A DNA stretch of 64,000 nt from Mobula hypostoma (GCF_963921235.1 NC_086097.1:88352001-88416000); one strand, 5' to 3'. Positions 11,993-25,457 are shown, counted from the stretch's first letter. Notes: a model not told the origin generated them from the letters alone. Numbers and translations are program-made.

Positions 11993-12749
11993 ATGATTTT
12001 GACCTTTTCTCGGGGCTGGTGCTTTCAAAATAATAACAAGCAGAAATTCCTGTAAATTCTCTGTAGTAGGATCAAGGGCTAATTTTAAGGAAGTACAAAT
12101 GTGGGGGTGGGGTGGGGGGAGGAACAAACATGTCTGTGGTAGGAGGGAAGGCAGGAGAGAAAAAGTAGTGAAAAGGGGTGGTGATGGGACCAGGAACAAA
12201 GAGGATATGATGTTATTTCAGATTTCTTGCATTGTGGTCTTTTCCTTTAGTGTCACATACTGTGAAGTCTTTATTCTCCTTACCCTCTACTTATTTCCAT
12301 CAACAGAACTTGCAGTATGTAGCTCCATTTTTGAAGGAATATCCAGTTCTTCTGTCTGTTAAGCAGATCTATTGCTCCAGGCTGGCATCAAATTTCTAAT
12401 TTTGTTTGAGGCTCATTAATTTGAATCTGTATTGTAGATCTATTCGTTCAGTCTGTGATGAATTGCATACTTATATTTGAGTTGTCAGTAGCTGCCAGTA
12501 CTCCTGTGATGTGGCTAGTGTTCAGCATCTACCTTTTTCTATTTCCATTTTTGGAGTACAGATGGTGGAAGAGGTTGGCAAACCAAGTGTGGAGAAAGAT
12601 AATTAAATTGAGGCACTTCTAACAGCCAAGAGAGGGCTATGCATCCAGTCTTCCCTGACAGGATGGTAGATTACATTGTGTGACAATTATCTATTCAGTA
12701 TAATTCCTCAAACACAATCACGCTGAATGCATTAAAGTTGAGATTATTA

Positions 12750-14290
12750 AAGTTCAAAGTGCAAAGTAAAATTTATTATCAGAGTACATACGTGTCGCCA
12801 CATATAAACCTGAGCTTCCTTTTCCTGTGGGCATACTTGGCAAATCTATAGAACAGTAACTGTGAACAGGATCAATGAACAACAAACTGTGCAAATGCAG
12901 ATATAAATAGCAATAAATAATGAGAGCATGGAATTACAAGATAGAGTCCTTAAAGTGAGACCGTCAGTTGTGGGAACATGAGAAGTTGAATGAGCATAGT
13001 TTTTGTTCAAGAACCTGATGGCTGAAGGGTAGCAACTGTGCTTGAACCTGATGGTGTGAGTCCTGAGGCTCTTGTACCTTCAACCTGATAGCAGCAGTGA
13101 GAAAAGAGCATGGCCTGGGTGGTGAGGACCTTTGATGGATGCTGCTTTTCTACGGCACTATTTCATGTAGATGTGCTGAACGGTTGGGAGGGATTTATTT
13201 GTGATGTACTGGGTTGAATCCACTACCTTTTGTAGGATTTTCTGCTCAAAGGCATTGGTGTTCCCTTACCAGGCTGTAGTGTAGCCGGTCAGTAAACTTT
13301 CCAACACACATCTATAAATGCTTGCCAAGGTTTTTGATGACATGCCGGATCTCCACAGACTCCTGAGGAAGTGGAGATACTATCATGCTTCCTTGGCAAT
13401 TGTATTTATATGATGGGGCCAGAACAGGTCCTATGAGATGGTGACACCCATGAATTTAACGTTACTGACCTTCTCCACCTCTGATCCTCCAGTGATTACT
13501 GGCTCATGGACTTCTGATATCCCTGTCCTGAAGTCTACAATCAGTTCCTTGGTCTTACTGACATTGTGTGAGAGGTTGTTGTTATTACACCATTCAGCCA
13601 AAATTTTCAATTTCCCTTTTGTTTGCTGATTCATCACTTCCTTTGATGCAGGCCACAAAGTGGTGTCATCAGCAAACTTGTATATGGTGTTGGAGCTGTG
13701 CTTAGCCACACAGTCATAGGTGTAAAGTGAGTAGAGCAGGGAACTAAGTACACATCCCTGCAGTGCTCCTGTGCTGTTGGAGCTTGTGGAGCTGATGTTT
13801 TTGCCAATCCGAACTGACTGGGTTCTGCAAGTGAGGAAATCTAGGATCCAATTGCAAAAGCAGGTCTTGGAGCTTACTGATTAGATTTGAAAGGATGATG
13901 GCATTAAATGCTGAGTTGTAATCGATAAAGAGCATCCGGATATATTTGGTGTCCAGATGTTCCAGGGATGTGTGAAGAGCCAGTGAGATAGCATCTGCTG
14001 TGGTCCTGTTGCTTTGGTAGGCAAATTAGAGCGGATCCAAGTCGGCACTCAGACAGGAGCTGATAGGCTTCAACGTGTGTCTCTCAAAACACTTCATTAC
14101 TGTGGATGCAAGTGCCACTGGGCGATTGTCGTTGAAGCAGGTTATCACACTCTTCTTAGGCAATGGAATAATTGTTTGAAGCAGGTGGGTACCACACACT
14201 GCCAGAGTGAGAGGTTGAAGATATCTATGAACACACCAGCCAGTTGGTCAGCACAGGTCTTCAGTACTCAGGCAGATACTCTGTCTGGTC
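12750..14290 (-). mobile_element. Rex1/Babar-like LINE, 5'-truncated, degenerate
   Basis: [26 protein letters not shown] and [13 protein letters not shown] motifs on the minus strand; 3' tail near 12750. Confidence 0.85.
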
Positions 14291-14390
14291 AGATTATAAG
14301 AATATACCTCTTAGTAAGGAGATTATTAAAAGTACATCATATGCAAGATAGAGTAAAGGTGTTGGGCTGGATGTCAATTACCACTTAGAA

Positions 14391-15135
14391 GTCCATAGGG
14401 CCCATATGACTAAGGATAAGTTGTCTCATTTTTATTTTGATATATCTCCATATTGTGATAAATGTAATAATGGAGAAGCTTCACTCATTCATATGTCTTG
14501 GACATGTCCAAGTCTTGGAAAATATTGGAAAGAAGTATTTCAAACCTTCTCGATACTTTTTAAAGTAAATTTCAAGCCTAATCCTTTGACTGCTTTATTT
14601 GGTTTTGTTGGAAGAAAGGATATTATTTTGGAGCCATCTGATTTGCACATGATGATTTTTATCTCTTATGGCCAGAAGGACACTTTCGCTTAAATGTAAT
14701 GATGTGGCCCCTCCTATTCACGCCCAATAGTTACGTGATAGGATGTCATGTTTAAATTTAGAGAAGATTCGATGTTCAATCTTTGAATCTAATCAAGACT
14801 TTCAAACGTTGTGGGGACCTTTTCTGAATTATGTTCAAAACCTTTGATTTGCTGTTAAAGCACAGATGATGACTAACAATCTTTTTTCTTTTTTTTCTAC
14901 TAATCAGCTTCAGTCTTGGTAGTGGGTTAAATTTTTTTTATATAATGAAATTATTATTTTTCAAAGTTACTAACTAATTGACTTGTACGAATATAGGGTA
15001 ATGAGTCTTTATATGCGATTTAGTTTAGTGTATTGACATTTTTTTTCCTGTACTCTGTATTCATATATATAATATATAATATTATATATTATAAATAATA
15101 TATATATATATTAATAAAAATGTTGGAAAGAGTGA
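14391..15135 (+). mobile_element. L1-clade LINE 3' fragment
   Basis: VHRAHMTKDKL...CDKC...LIHMSWTCP (CCHC knuckle) homologous to 47095-47400; 3' UTR ending AATAAAAA near 15113-15120. Confidence 0.85.
15063..15112. repeat. TA-rich microsatellite
   Basis: Imperfect (TA)n run inside the L1 3' UTR. Confidence 0.9.
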
Positions 15136-16690
15136 AAGATTCATCATTCATTATTTATAGGCATCATCTGTGGGGCACAGAAGGAGTTTTGAATACTGTG
15201 AGCTACACATCCCATTTTCCATTATGATCTGGATTGATTTACTGGTGAAATACTCTGTTGCTATTGCTATTATTCTACATATTCAATCCTATTTTGACAT
15301 CTTATAGTCTTTATTAGTGACAGATTTGTAAGATGCAGTTCAATCAATAATTAAAGAGTAACACAGCAGAGAAAGCAATTAATTATGATTTCAGAAACCA
15401 CAGTCCCAACAGCAAATGCTATCTCTTTGCTTCATGATCACTTGAACACCAGGAAAGTTCACTTGGTGCATTTTGAAGTGTATCTGCTAAATTTTCTTGA
15501 GTTGCATAAAAGGAGAGTAGAAATATCTCTTTTCTTCCGTTCTTCCACAGCTTATAGTAACATTTTGACTGAGTGAGAGGAGAGCCATCTGCTTCTGATG
15601 TCTCAATGGGGGGAAAAAAAACAATGCACACATCCTTTAATTTTAATGATTTTCAATCTCTTTGCCTTGCATTACGTTTTGGGACTGGATTAAGTTGAGT
15701 TCTAATGGCTTGAGTATTACAGGTTGATTTATGAATCATAAAAATGATGGAAAATCTTTATGGGTCAGTGCACGAGCAATAGTTCTTCTTAAACAACCAT
15801 GAAGTCTATGGCCGAGAAATTCTATGGATAGTGCAAGGTTTATGTGCACTGCATGATGCAATTTCTATTAAAACTAGACTCGAGTTCATTGCATAGATTG
15901 CCAAGTCCAGGATTCTTTGCCCCATCATCTGATGAACTAACAGGAGAGTGCTTATGACACACAATGTAGAATGACATTTATCCATGAATGCATGTCCGCG
16001 GAAGTGGTGCAGAAAAATGCCTCCATAGCATGTGTTGTGTTTCATCCTCATTTTGGGCGTCCCAAGTTTGAATCTAGTGCTGGATCCACTTCAGATAGAT
16101 CTTCTGTCAGTTGGGCATTTTGCATAGTGCAGTGGCTTTCACCACCCATGGGACCCTGATTATGACAACCACCACCACAACGTGACAATCATTCTCACCC
16201 ACCTAAACACAGATACAGTCTTGCTTCTCAATCTCCACAACCATTTATGATGCCCAGATCCTAATCCTCCAACCCAGCTCTCAATGTCTCAATACTGCCC
16301 CCTCCTCTGATTTTTCTTTGACTGAAACCTCCCACCCCGAAACCGACTGTGTATTTCACAGAACAGCGTTTCACTGAATTAATTCTGCAAGCTTCATTCT
16401 ACTCTGCATTACTGCTTGGCCTTGTGTGGTTTTGAATTTTGTACTTACTGCCCTGATGTGCGCCTCTGATTTAATGCACTTTTCTGGTCACAAACAAATT
16501 TTGTACCTCATGAATCTGGCACAGCATTCTCATGTGTTGTGGGGATAGTGGGTGGGGGGAGTTCCAGTGTAAAATCTCTATGATTAACTCTATCCCAGGT
16601 ATTATTTGCTGAACTAGAAGTTTATGCCCCTTACTATGCAAGGACCTCTGAGGAAACAGGGCACCTTTCCTCATTTCATGAACCAAAAAG

Positions 16691-19600
16691 ACCATAAGAT
16701 ATAGGAGCAGAATTAGGCCCTTTGGCCTCTCGAGTCTGCTTCACCATTTCACCACGGCTGATCTATTTTTCCTCTCAGCCCCAATCTCTTGTATTTTCAC
16801 CATATCACTCCCCTTGCCCTGACTAAATAAGAAGCTACTGTATCTTTTTTTGCCTTAAATATACCCAATGACTTGGCCTCCACAGATGCTTGTGGCAACA
16901 AATTTCTCAGAATTACCACACTCTGGCTGAAGAAATTCCTCCTCATCTCCATTCTAAAAGGATGCCCCTCTATTCTGAGGTTGTGTCCTCTGGCCTTAGA
17001 CTCTCCCACCACAGGAAAACATCCTCTCCACATCCATTCTATCGAGGCCTTTCAATATTTGATAGGTTTCAATGAGGTCACCCCTCATTCCTCTGAATTC
17101 CAATGAGTAGAGACCCCGAGCCATCAAATGTTTCTCATATGACAAGCCTTTCAATCCTGGAGTCATTTTCGTAAAACTCCTTTGAATTCTCTCAAATGTC
17201 AGCACACCCTATCTTAAATATGGGGCCCAAAACAGCTAACAGTACTCCAGGTGAGGCCCCAGCAGTGCTTTATAAAGCCTCAACATTATATCCTTGCTTT
17301 TATATTCTAGTCCTCTCAAAATGAATGCTAACATCGCATTTGTGTTCCTCACCACCGACTCAACCTGCGAATTAACCTTTAGGGATTCCTGCATGAGGAC
17401 TCCCAAGTCCCCTTGTGCCTCAGATTTTGATTTTTCTCTCCATTTGGAAAATAGTCTATACTTTTATTCCTTCTATCAAAGTGCATGACCATACGTTTCC
17501 TGACGGTGTAATCCATCTGACACTTCTTTGCTCATTCCCCTAATCTGTCTAAGCCCCTTTGTAACACCTCTACTTCCTCAAACCAACCTGGCTGTCCACC
17601 TATCTTCGTATCATCTGCAAACTTGGCCATATATCCATCATTTCCATCGTCCAACTCATTGACATAAACCATAAGAAAAAGTGGTCTCATCACACACCTG
17701 TGTGAAAAACCACTGGTCACTGGCAGCCAGCCAGACAAGATTTCCTTTTCTCTCACTGTTCACCTCCTGCCAATCAGCCAGTGTTCTATCCATGCTAGTA
17801 TATTTCCTGTAATATCATGGGCTCTTAACTTGTTAAGCAGTCTCATGTGTGGTACCTGGCCTTCTGAAAATCCACCTACGCAACATCCACTGATTCTCCT
17901 TTGTCTGTCCTGCTTGTTATTTCTTCAAAGGATTCCAACAGATTTGTCAGCAAAGGGTTTTCTTTAAGGAAGCTGTGCTGATTATAGTCTATTTTATCAT
18001 GTGCTTACAAGTACCTCAAAATCACATCCTTACTAATCAAATCCAACATTTTACAAGCCACTGAAGTAAGACTAACTGACCTATAATTTCCTTTCTTTTG
18101 CCTGTCTTCCTTCTTCCATTCTTCTTGAAGAGTGGAGTGACATTTGGAATTTTCCGTTCCTCTGGAACCATGCCAGAATCTAGTGATTCTTGAAAGATTA
18201 CTACTAATGCCTCCACAATCTCTTCAGCCATCTCTTTCAGCAGCCTGGGGTGTAGATCACTGGTCCAGGTGACTTGCCTACCTTCAGACCTTTCAATTTC
18301 CGAAGCATCTTCTCCCTCGTAATGGCAACTTCACTCACTTTTGCACCCTGACACTCTTGAACTTCCGGCATACTTCTAGTATCTTTTACAGTGAAGTCTG
18401 ATGCAAAATACTCATTCAGTTCGTCCACCATTTCCTTGTCCCCCCATTACCCTCCCACATCATTTTCCAGCAGTCCAATATGTGCTCTCGCCTCTATTTT
18501 ATTCTTTATATATCTGAAGAAACTTTGGGTATCCTTTTAAACATTATTTCTTTGCTTTCCTTCATAGTCCATCTTTTCCTTCATGACATTTTTAGTTGCC
18601 CTCTGTTGATTTTTAGAAGGTTCCCAATCCTCCAACTTCCCACTAATTTTTGCTCTCTCTTTGGCTTTGACTATTCTTGCGAACCATGGTTGTTCATACT
18701 GCCTTTAGAATAGTTCCTTGTTGGGATGGAAATACCCTGCACTTTCTGAATTGCTCCCAGAAATTCCAGCCGTTGCTCCTCTGCCTTAATCTCTGCTGGT
18801 GTTCCTTTCCAATCAATTTTGGCCAGCTTCTCTCTCATGCCTATCTAATTCCGGTTACTCCACTGTAATATTGATACATCTGACTTTAGCTTCTCCTTCT
18901 TAAATTGCAGGATGAATTCTATCATGTTATGATCACTGGCCCCTAAGGTTTCCTTTACTTTAAGCTCTCTAATCAATTCCGCCTCACTGCACAACATCCA
19001 ATCCAGAATACCTGATCCTGTACTGGGCTCAACCATGAGTTGCTGTAAAAAAAAACATCTTATAGGCATACCTGAAACTCCCCCTCTTGGGATCCAGCAC
19101 CAACCTGATTTTCCTAATCTGCCTGTATGTTGAAATCCTATATGACTATCATAACATTGCTCTTATTACATGTATTTTCTACCTCCCATTGTAATTTGTA
19201 GACCACATCTTTACTATTGTTTAGGGGTCTTTATATAACCTCCACAGTCTTTTTAGCTCTATCCATAACAATTCAACGCCTTCCAGTCATATTCCACCTC
19301 TTTCTAATGGTTAGACTTCATTTTTTTACCAACAGAGCCATGCCACCCCCTCTGGCTACCTGCCTGTCCTTTCGATACCATGTTTATCTTTGGACATTAA
19401 GCTCCCAGCTATAATTTTCTTTCAGCCACGATTCAGTGATGCCCACGTCATACATACCAATCCGTAACTATGCTACGAGTTCATTTACTTTATTCCGTAT
19501 ACTGTGTGCATTCAAATATAACATTCAGTCCTGTATTCACTCTATTCGATTGTGGCCGCCTTTTATATTGCAACTCATCCTGTGGCTGTGATTGTACCTT

Positions 19601-20850
19601 ATCGTAAGCCTCTGCTTGCTAGCCATCTCACAACACATTGCCTCTGTTTGTAAACCAACTCCCTCATCCTCATCACTATTATTCCAGTTCCTATCCCCCT
19701 GCCAAATTAATTTAAGCCCTCCTGAACAGCTCCAGCATACATGCCCACAAGAATATTGCACTTCCTCGGGTTCAGGTGTAACCCATCTCCTTTGTATAGG
19801 TCATACCTTCTCCAGAAGAGATCCCAATGATCCACAAACCTGAACGCCTGCCTCCTGCATCAGTTCCTCTGCCACGCATTCACCTGCCAAATCATCCTAT
19901 TCTTGCCCTCGCTGACGTAGGCATGGGCAGCAATTCAGAGATTACTATCCTGGGAGATCCTGTTTTTCAGCTTTCTACCTAGCTCCAGAAAATCTCACTT
20001 CAGGACCTTTCTTCCTATGTCACTGGTGCCAACATTTACTAAGACTTCTGGTGCTCACCGTTCCACTTTAGAATGCCATGGACCCGATCGAGTCATCCCT
20101 GACCTTTGCACCTGGGAGGCAACATACTCTGTGGGTTTCTCTATTGCACCCACAGAATCTCATTTGTGTTCCTCTGACTATGGAATTTCCTTTCACCATT
20201 GCATTCCTCATCACCTCTCTTCTCTTCTGAGCCACAGCACCAGACTCAGTGCCAGTGACCCAGTCACTGTGGCACCCCCCAGTAGGTCATTCCCCTCAAC
20301 AGTATCCAAAGTGGTATTCTTATTAAGAGGGGAATGGCCACAGGGATCCCTTTCCTTCTGACCGTTATCTAGCCCCTGCATCCTGGGCGTGACTACCTAC
20401 CAGTAGCTCCTAACTATCACCTACTCGTTCTCCCATAAGACCTGAAGGTCATCGAGCTGCAGCTCCAGTTCCTCAGGTTCTCTGAGGAACTGCAGCTCGG
20501 TGCACCTGGTGAGGCGTGGTTATCCGGGAGGCTGGATGTCTCCCAGAATTCCCATATATCATAAACAGAACAAAGCACTGCCCTTGGAGCCTGTCTCACT
20601 GCACTAATTGTGCCATAACAGATGAAGAATGAAGAATAAAAAAAGAAAAAGAAACTTGCTCGATACTTACCTCACCCAAGCCTGATGAGCCAAAGCCACT
20701 TCCACACCGGCCCACTCACAACAATGGCCATTCCACTTGCGCCTACCTTATTTTTATTCGCCCTTTCTGATGAATCCCACGCAGTGATTAGTCACAGTCC
20801 AATTTCAAAAAACTACTGCGAAGTGTTGCCTTTTCAATCTTGAGTGCGAA
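16691..20850 (-). mobile_element. Near full-length degenerate CR1 LINE
   Basis: Minus strand: tail at ~16691, RT (KFADDTK), endonuclease, esterase ORF1 remnant (~19700-20350), N-terminal zinc-finger remnant (CSVYDIWE, 20417-20599). 5' boundary uncertain. Confidence 0.9.
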
Positions 20851-20965
20851 CCTCAGTGAAAAGGTAGCTAACAACAGGAATTCTGCAGATGCTGGAAATT
20901 CAAGCAACATACATCAAAGTTGCTGGTGAACGCAGCAGGCCAGGCAGCATCTCTAGGAAGAGGTA

Positions 20966-21003
20966 CAGTCGATGTTTCAGGCCGAGACCCTTCGTCAGGA
21001 CTA
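20966..21003 (-). ncRNA. Hammerhead ribozyme variant (AUC triplet, helix III palindrome broken)
   Basis: Minus strand UAGUC CUGACGA ... GAAA CAUC GACUG; CpG-type G>A change. Confidence 0.65.
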
Positions 21004-21589
21004 ACTGAAGGAAAAGTTAGTAAGAGATTTGAAAGTGGGAGGGGGAGGGGGAGATCCAAAATGATAGGAGAAGACAGAAGGGGGAAGGATGGAGCCAAGA
21101 GCTGGACAGGTGATTGGCAAAGGGGATATGAGAGGGTCAAGGGACAGGAGGTCCGGGGAGAAAGACAAGGTGGGGGGGGGAGCCCAGAGGATGGGCAAGG
21201 GGTATAGTCAGAGGGACAGAGGGAGAAAAAGGAGAGTGAGAGAAAGAATGTGTGTATAAAAATAAATAACAGATGGGGTACGAAGGGGAAGTGGGGCATT
21301 AGCGGAAGTTAGAGAAGTCAATGTTCATTATTTATTTTTATACACACATTCTTTCTCACTCTCCTTTTTCTCCCTCTGCCCCTCTGACTATACCCCTTGC
21401 CTATCCTCTGGGTTCCCCCCCCCCTTGTCTTTCTCCCTGGGCCTCCTGTCCCATGATCCTCTCATATCCCCTTAGACAATCACCTGTCCAGCTCTTGGCT
21501 CCATCCCTCCCCCTCCTGTCTCCTCCTATCATTTTGGATCTCCCCCTCCCCCTCCCACTTTCAAATCTCTTACTAACTCTCCCTTCAGT

Positions 21590-21627
21590 TAGTCCTGACG
21601 AAGGGTCTCGGCCTGAAACGTCGACTG
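21590..21627 (+). ncRNA. Minimal type I hammerhead ribozyme (PLE-associated)
   Basis: tagtc CTGACGA agggtctcggcct GAAA cgtc gactg; predicted cleavage after C21622. Confidence 0.8.
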
Positions 21628-22794
21628 TACCTCTTCCTAGAGATGCTGCCTGGCCTGCTTCGTTCGCCAGCAACTTTGAAAAGGTAGCTCTTTTTTTAAA
21701 AGAAGACTGGGAAAGCAAATAATTTAATTCCAAAATAAATAAAAATCCAGCTAAAGGAAAAAATGTTTGCATCAACAACAGAGGAAGATGGAGACAGCTG
21801 CTCTGCCTGCTGAGATGAATAAGACAAACTCTTATTTCAAGGTCTGTCCTGTCTGAAATCTGCTAATTGGAATTAGTTTATTGTCACATTTACTGAGATG
21901 CACTGAAAAGCTTGTTCTGCAAACTGTTCATACGGATCAATTCATTATGCAGTGCATTGAGGTTGAACAAGGTTAAACAATAACAATGCTGAATGAAGTG
22001 TAACAGCTACTGAGAAAGTGCTGTGCAGGTAAGCAATAAGGTGCAAGATCATTACAAAGACCCTGTAAGGTCAATAGTCCTTCAGCAAGAAAAATGGAAT
22101 GGCTAATGGTCAGATGAGAGTTGACCCCAGTGGATGGGAATGTGAGGGAGATGAGTAGAACCATACTGATGCCCATTCTAGAGTTTAGCACCAATGACCA
22201 AGTACTATTTTTCCACAGTTTCGCTTCACAGGAGCAATATCCAAGAACTTTAATGGAGTGAGGTTGGAGGTAAATTGAGAGTGACAGTTACACAAATATC
22301 AGACCCAGAGACAGAGTAGAAATGTTTGGCAGAGCAGCTTGAGTTACACAATCAAGACCACACTCAATGAATGAGCAAATATAAAGCTAAACTCCAGCAG
22401 ATTAGGAAAATTATAAAAAGCACCAATTGTTGCAAAGGCAGCTATAAGTGGTGCAAAAGAGAAATATGAAACAATTTTTCAGGAGATTTAGCATTATTAT
22501 TAAAAGATTCTATAAATATAAAATAACAAAGAAGATGGAGGGGACAGAGACTGTTACAGCTGAATACAAGAGAGAATTTCATGGGTAATAAGGAATTGAC
22601 AATTTGTTAAATTAGCATTTGCATCAGTCTTCATAGTTAGAGGAGTACAAAATGCCTGAAAATAAATGGAGAAAATAGAGTTGGTATAATTTTGAATATG
22701 GTAGTGGAGAAAAAAATGGCATTTCATCCCTGATGAACACAGACCCTTTGCATTTGCATCCTAGCTTTAATAGAAATAGAGGATGGAAAGGCAA

Positions 22795-23055
22795 GGCACA
22801 ATTTCTGAAGCTCTGTCTCCATTGCTTTTGCTCCAGTGATAGATTTTCCACACACTACCTTTGTATTGTCTTCCTTCTTACTGAAACACATCTTCTCCCT
22901 TATTGTCATTGACAGAGCCTTTGGCCACATTTCATCTACTTCACACAGCTCTCACACTCTTCCTTCCTCATCATAGTGTTCCACTGTTTCATCCCACCAG
23001 CCTCTACATTCAAGGGATCATCCATTGCAATTCCACCAGCTTCAGTGAGTTTCCA
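22795..23055 (+). mobile_element. Old PLE coding fragment (RT C-terminus/linker)
   Basis: Remnant QFL.L...C and VPL..FHPTSLYIQGII motifs typical of the PLE RT-to-endonuclease linker; heavily decayed. Confidence 0.55.
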
Positions 23056-23339
23056 CCAACATTGTGCTTGGTGGTCACAACTGGAAGATGGACACTTGAT
23101 AAGCAAGAGGGCAAAAGACTACAAGTAGGCAGGAATGAACAGTCCAAATAATCAGATCAGCCCCAATCTTGTCAAAAAATAACAAAAGTCTGGGAGGCTG
23201 AGTGACCTGTTGTAGCCCCTAATACATATGTTTGTAATTTCATTTGGGATCACCATGGGTCTCAGTCTAGCACTGGGAATCAGACTTGGCAATATCCCTT
23301 TTATCTTGTGTATATACTTAAAGGCGTTCCATTGGACCC

Positions 23340-23670
23340 ACTCAGCTAGTAGAGCTGCTGCCCAGTGGCACCAGTAACTTAGGCTCAGTCCTGACCTTGG
23401 GTGCTCTCTGGGTGGAGATTGCACCTTCCTCCAAGTGACTTTCTTCAGGTGCTGTAGTTTCCCCTGATTTCCCAAAGACATGTGGTTCAGTGGGCTACCC
23501 CTGTATATTATCCCTGGTTTGTTGGTGAGTGGTAAAATCTGAGAGTGGGGGATGGATTGGGAAAGGGATGAAGGGAACATTAGGAGAATTGGTCATTGGG
23601 AAAACTAGTTGGACAGTAGGATCACTGTGAGTGGGTATGTACCTGATAGGCTGAATAGCCTCATTATCTA
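23340..23670 (+). mobile_element. V-SINE (HE1-like) tRNA-derived SINE, degenerate
   Basis: tRNA-like head, then gtggagattgcaccttcctcc...ttcttcaggtgctgtagtttccc matching the V-domain seen at 24770-24835. Confidence 0.65.
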
Positions 23671-23914
23671 TGTCACCTGGAAATGGAGCAGATATGAGGA
23701 TATACCAATTTAGAGCTCTGGCCTTTTACTAAAAACTATATTGTCATCTCTTGCTTCAAAATATCCATTCTTATAACCTCATCATTACAAGCAATTATGT
23801 GATTGTGAACCTCTGCTTGTAGGTAAAAGGAGCTGCATCTCTTGTATAAGATTGGCAGGAGAAAGAATTGATGACAAGTTTGTTAGAATATGCTTTATGA
23901 CTGATGGTATATGG

Positions 23915-24530
23915 CAGGTAATTGGTTTATTGTTGTCACATGTACTGAGATAGAGTGAAAAGCTTTTGTTTGCATGTCACCCAGGCTGATCATGCCATGT
24001 TTAAGCTCAAAAGGAAAAGAAACAAAGTAGGTGTAGAATATAGAAAAATGCAGTGCAGATAGACAAATAAAGTGCAAGGGCCATGAGGGGGTAGACTGAG
24101 ATTTCAAGAGTTCATCTTTATCTTATAAAGGACCATTCAAGAATCTTATGACAGAGGGAAGGAAGCTGTCCTTGAGCATGAAGGCACATCTTTTCATCTT
24201 TTGTATCTTCTGCCTAATGGAAGGGAGAAGAGGAGAGAGTGTCTGGGGTGGGCGGGCCTTTAATTATGTTGGCAAAATTTCCAAGACATTGTGAAGTGTA
24301 GACAGAGTTAATGGGGGAGGTTGGTGTTTGTGATGGTCTGGGCTGTGCTCACAATACTCTGCAATTTCTTGTGGTCACGGGCAGAACAGTTGCCCTATCA
24401 AGCTGTGATTCATCTGGATAGCATGCTTTCTGTGGTGCATCTGTAAATATCACTGAAGGTCTCTGTGGACATGCCAAGTTCTCTCAGGAAGCAGAGGGAC
24501 AGTGATGTGCTTCCTTGGCCACAGCATCAA
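23915..24530 (-). mobile_element. Rex1/Babar-like LINE 3' fragment
   Basis: ggtttattgttgtcacatgtactgagatagagtgaaaagc terminus shared with 21875-22085 and 57860-58300. Confidence 0.65.
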
Positions 24531-24689
24531 GAGAGAGGGTTAGAGTCTAAAGTGTTGGGTGACCTTAGTGTGCTGGGGGAGGTGCAAGGGGGCCAGATTT
24601 CTTTAGCAGAGCATGCAAGTAATGGACTAATAGTCAAATGTAAGCAAAGATTTTTTTAAAAAGTGATACACGTTGTAACTTGTAAGTGA

Positions 24690-24970
24690 GGTGGCACAGG
24701 AGCATAGTGGTTAGCACAATGCTCTACAGTCCGGGAGAACTGAGTTCAGTTCCTGCTGCTGCCTGTAAGCAGTTTGTCCTTTCTCCCCATGACCACAAGG
24801 GTTTTCTCTGGGTGCTCCGGTTTCCTCCCACAATCCAGGGACCTCCCGGGTGGTAGGTTAATTGGTCCTTGTAAATTGTCCTGTGATTAGGCTAGGATTA
24901 AATTGGGGGGTTGCTGGGCAGCATTGCTCAAAGGGCCAGAAGGGCCTATTTTGCACTTTATGTCAATAAT
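24690..24970 (+). mobile_element. V-SINE (HE1-like) tRNA-derived SINE
   Basis: A-box-like agcatagtgg, B-box-like gagttcagttcc, central gggttttctctgggtgctccggtttcctcccaca, CR1-like tail gggccagaagggcct. Confidence 0.85.
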
Positions 24971-25191
24971 AAGAAAAAAATTCTATGTACTATTGAACAT
25001 TCAATACTGAGAATCTCAAATTTAACATGAATATTTCTGGTTATACTGTATGATTAGGAAAGAAAGGAAACTATGCTCAGGTTTAAGGATTGGATACTAA
25101 TCTTAAACAGTAAGAAAACCTCATTAGAAGAGAATAGCTTGTGTCTCAACCTTCTGTTGTGCTTGAGAAATGTAATCATGCTTGCTAGTAT

Positions 25192-25457
25192 TGTCAGGAA
25201 ACGTGGAGGAGGCTTGACCCAAAAGCAGAGCAGTAGAGACTATTCTGCTCTAAATGATATTTTACGAATAAACTGCAAAATAACAAGCCATGAGGGACCA
25301 CAAAATGAGAGAGAACAGATGCTATACACAAGGCAACTGTAGGTTAGAGGCAACTGGTTAAGGATAGTTGATTTGTATGAATAAACAAGGCCTATAGATG
25401 AGATCTGGGTTTAAATGGGCTGCGGTGATGATTTGGAATTGACTGGCAGGTGACTCA
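25192..25457 (-). repeat. 3' LTR (internally truncated)
   Basis: Begins TGTCAGGAAA and aligns with 28181-28386. Confidence 0.8.

Larger units (their letters stand above)
20870..21676. mobile_element. Penelope-like element, inverted pair with 13-bp TSD (left arm 20870-21328 minus, right arm 21328-21676 plus)
   Basis: Arms are reverse complements over ~350 bp. TGAAAAGGTAGCT at 20857-20869 and 21677-21689. Hammerhead in each arm. Confidence 0.92.

Noticed and set aside
24690..24770. Functional tRNA genes here and at 60170-60248
   Set aside because: Degenerate tRNA-like heads run straight into SINE bodies; no complete cloverleaf.
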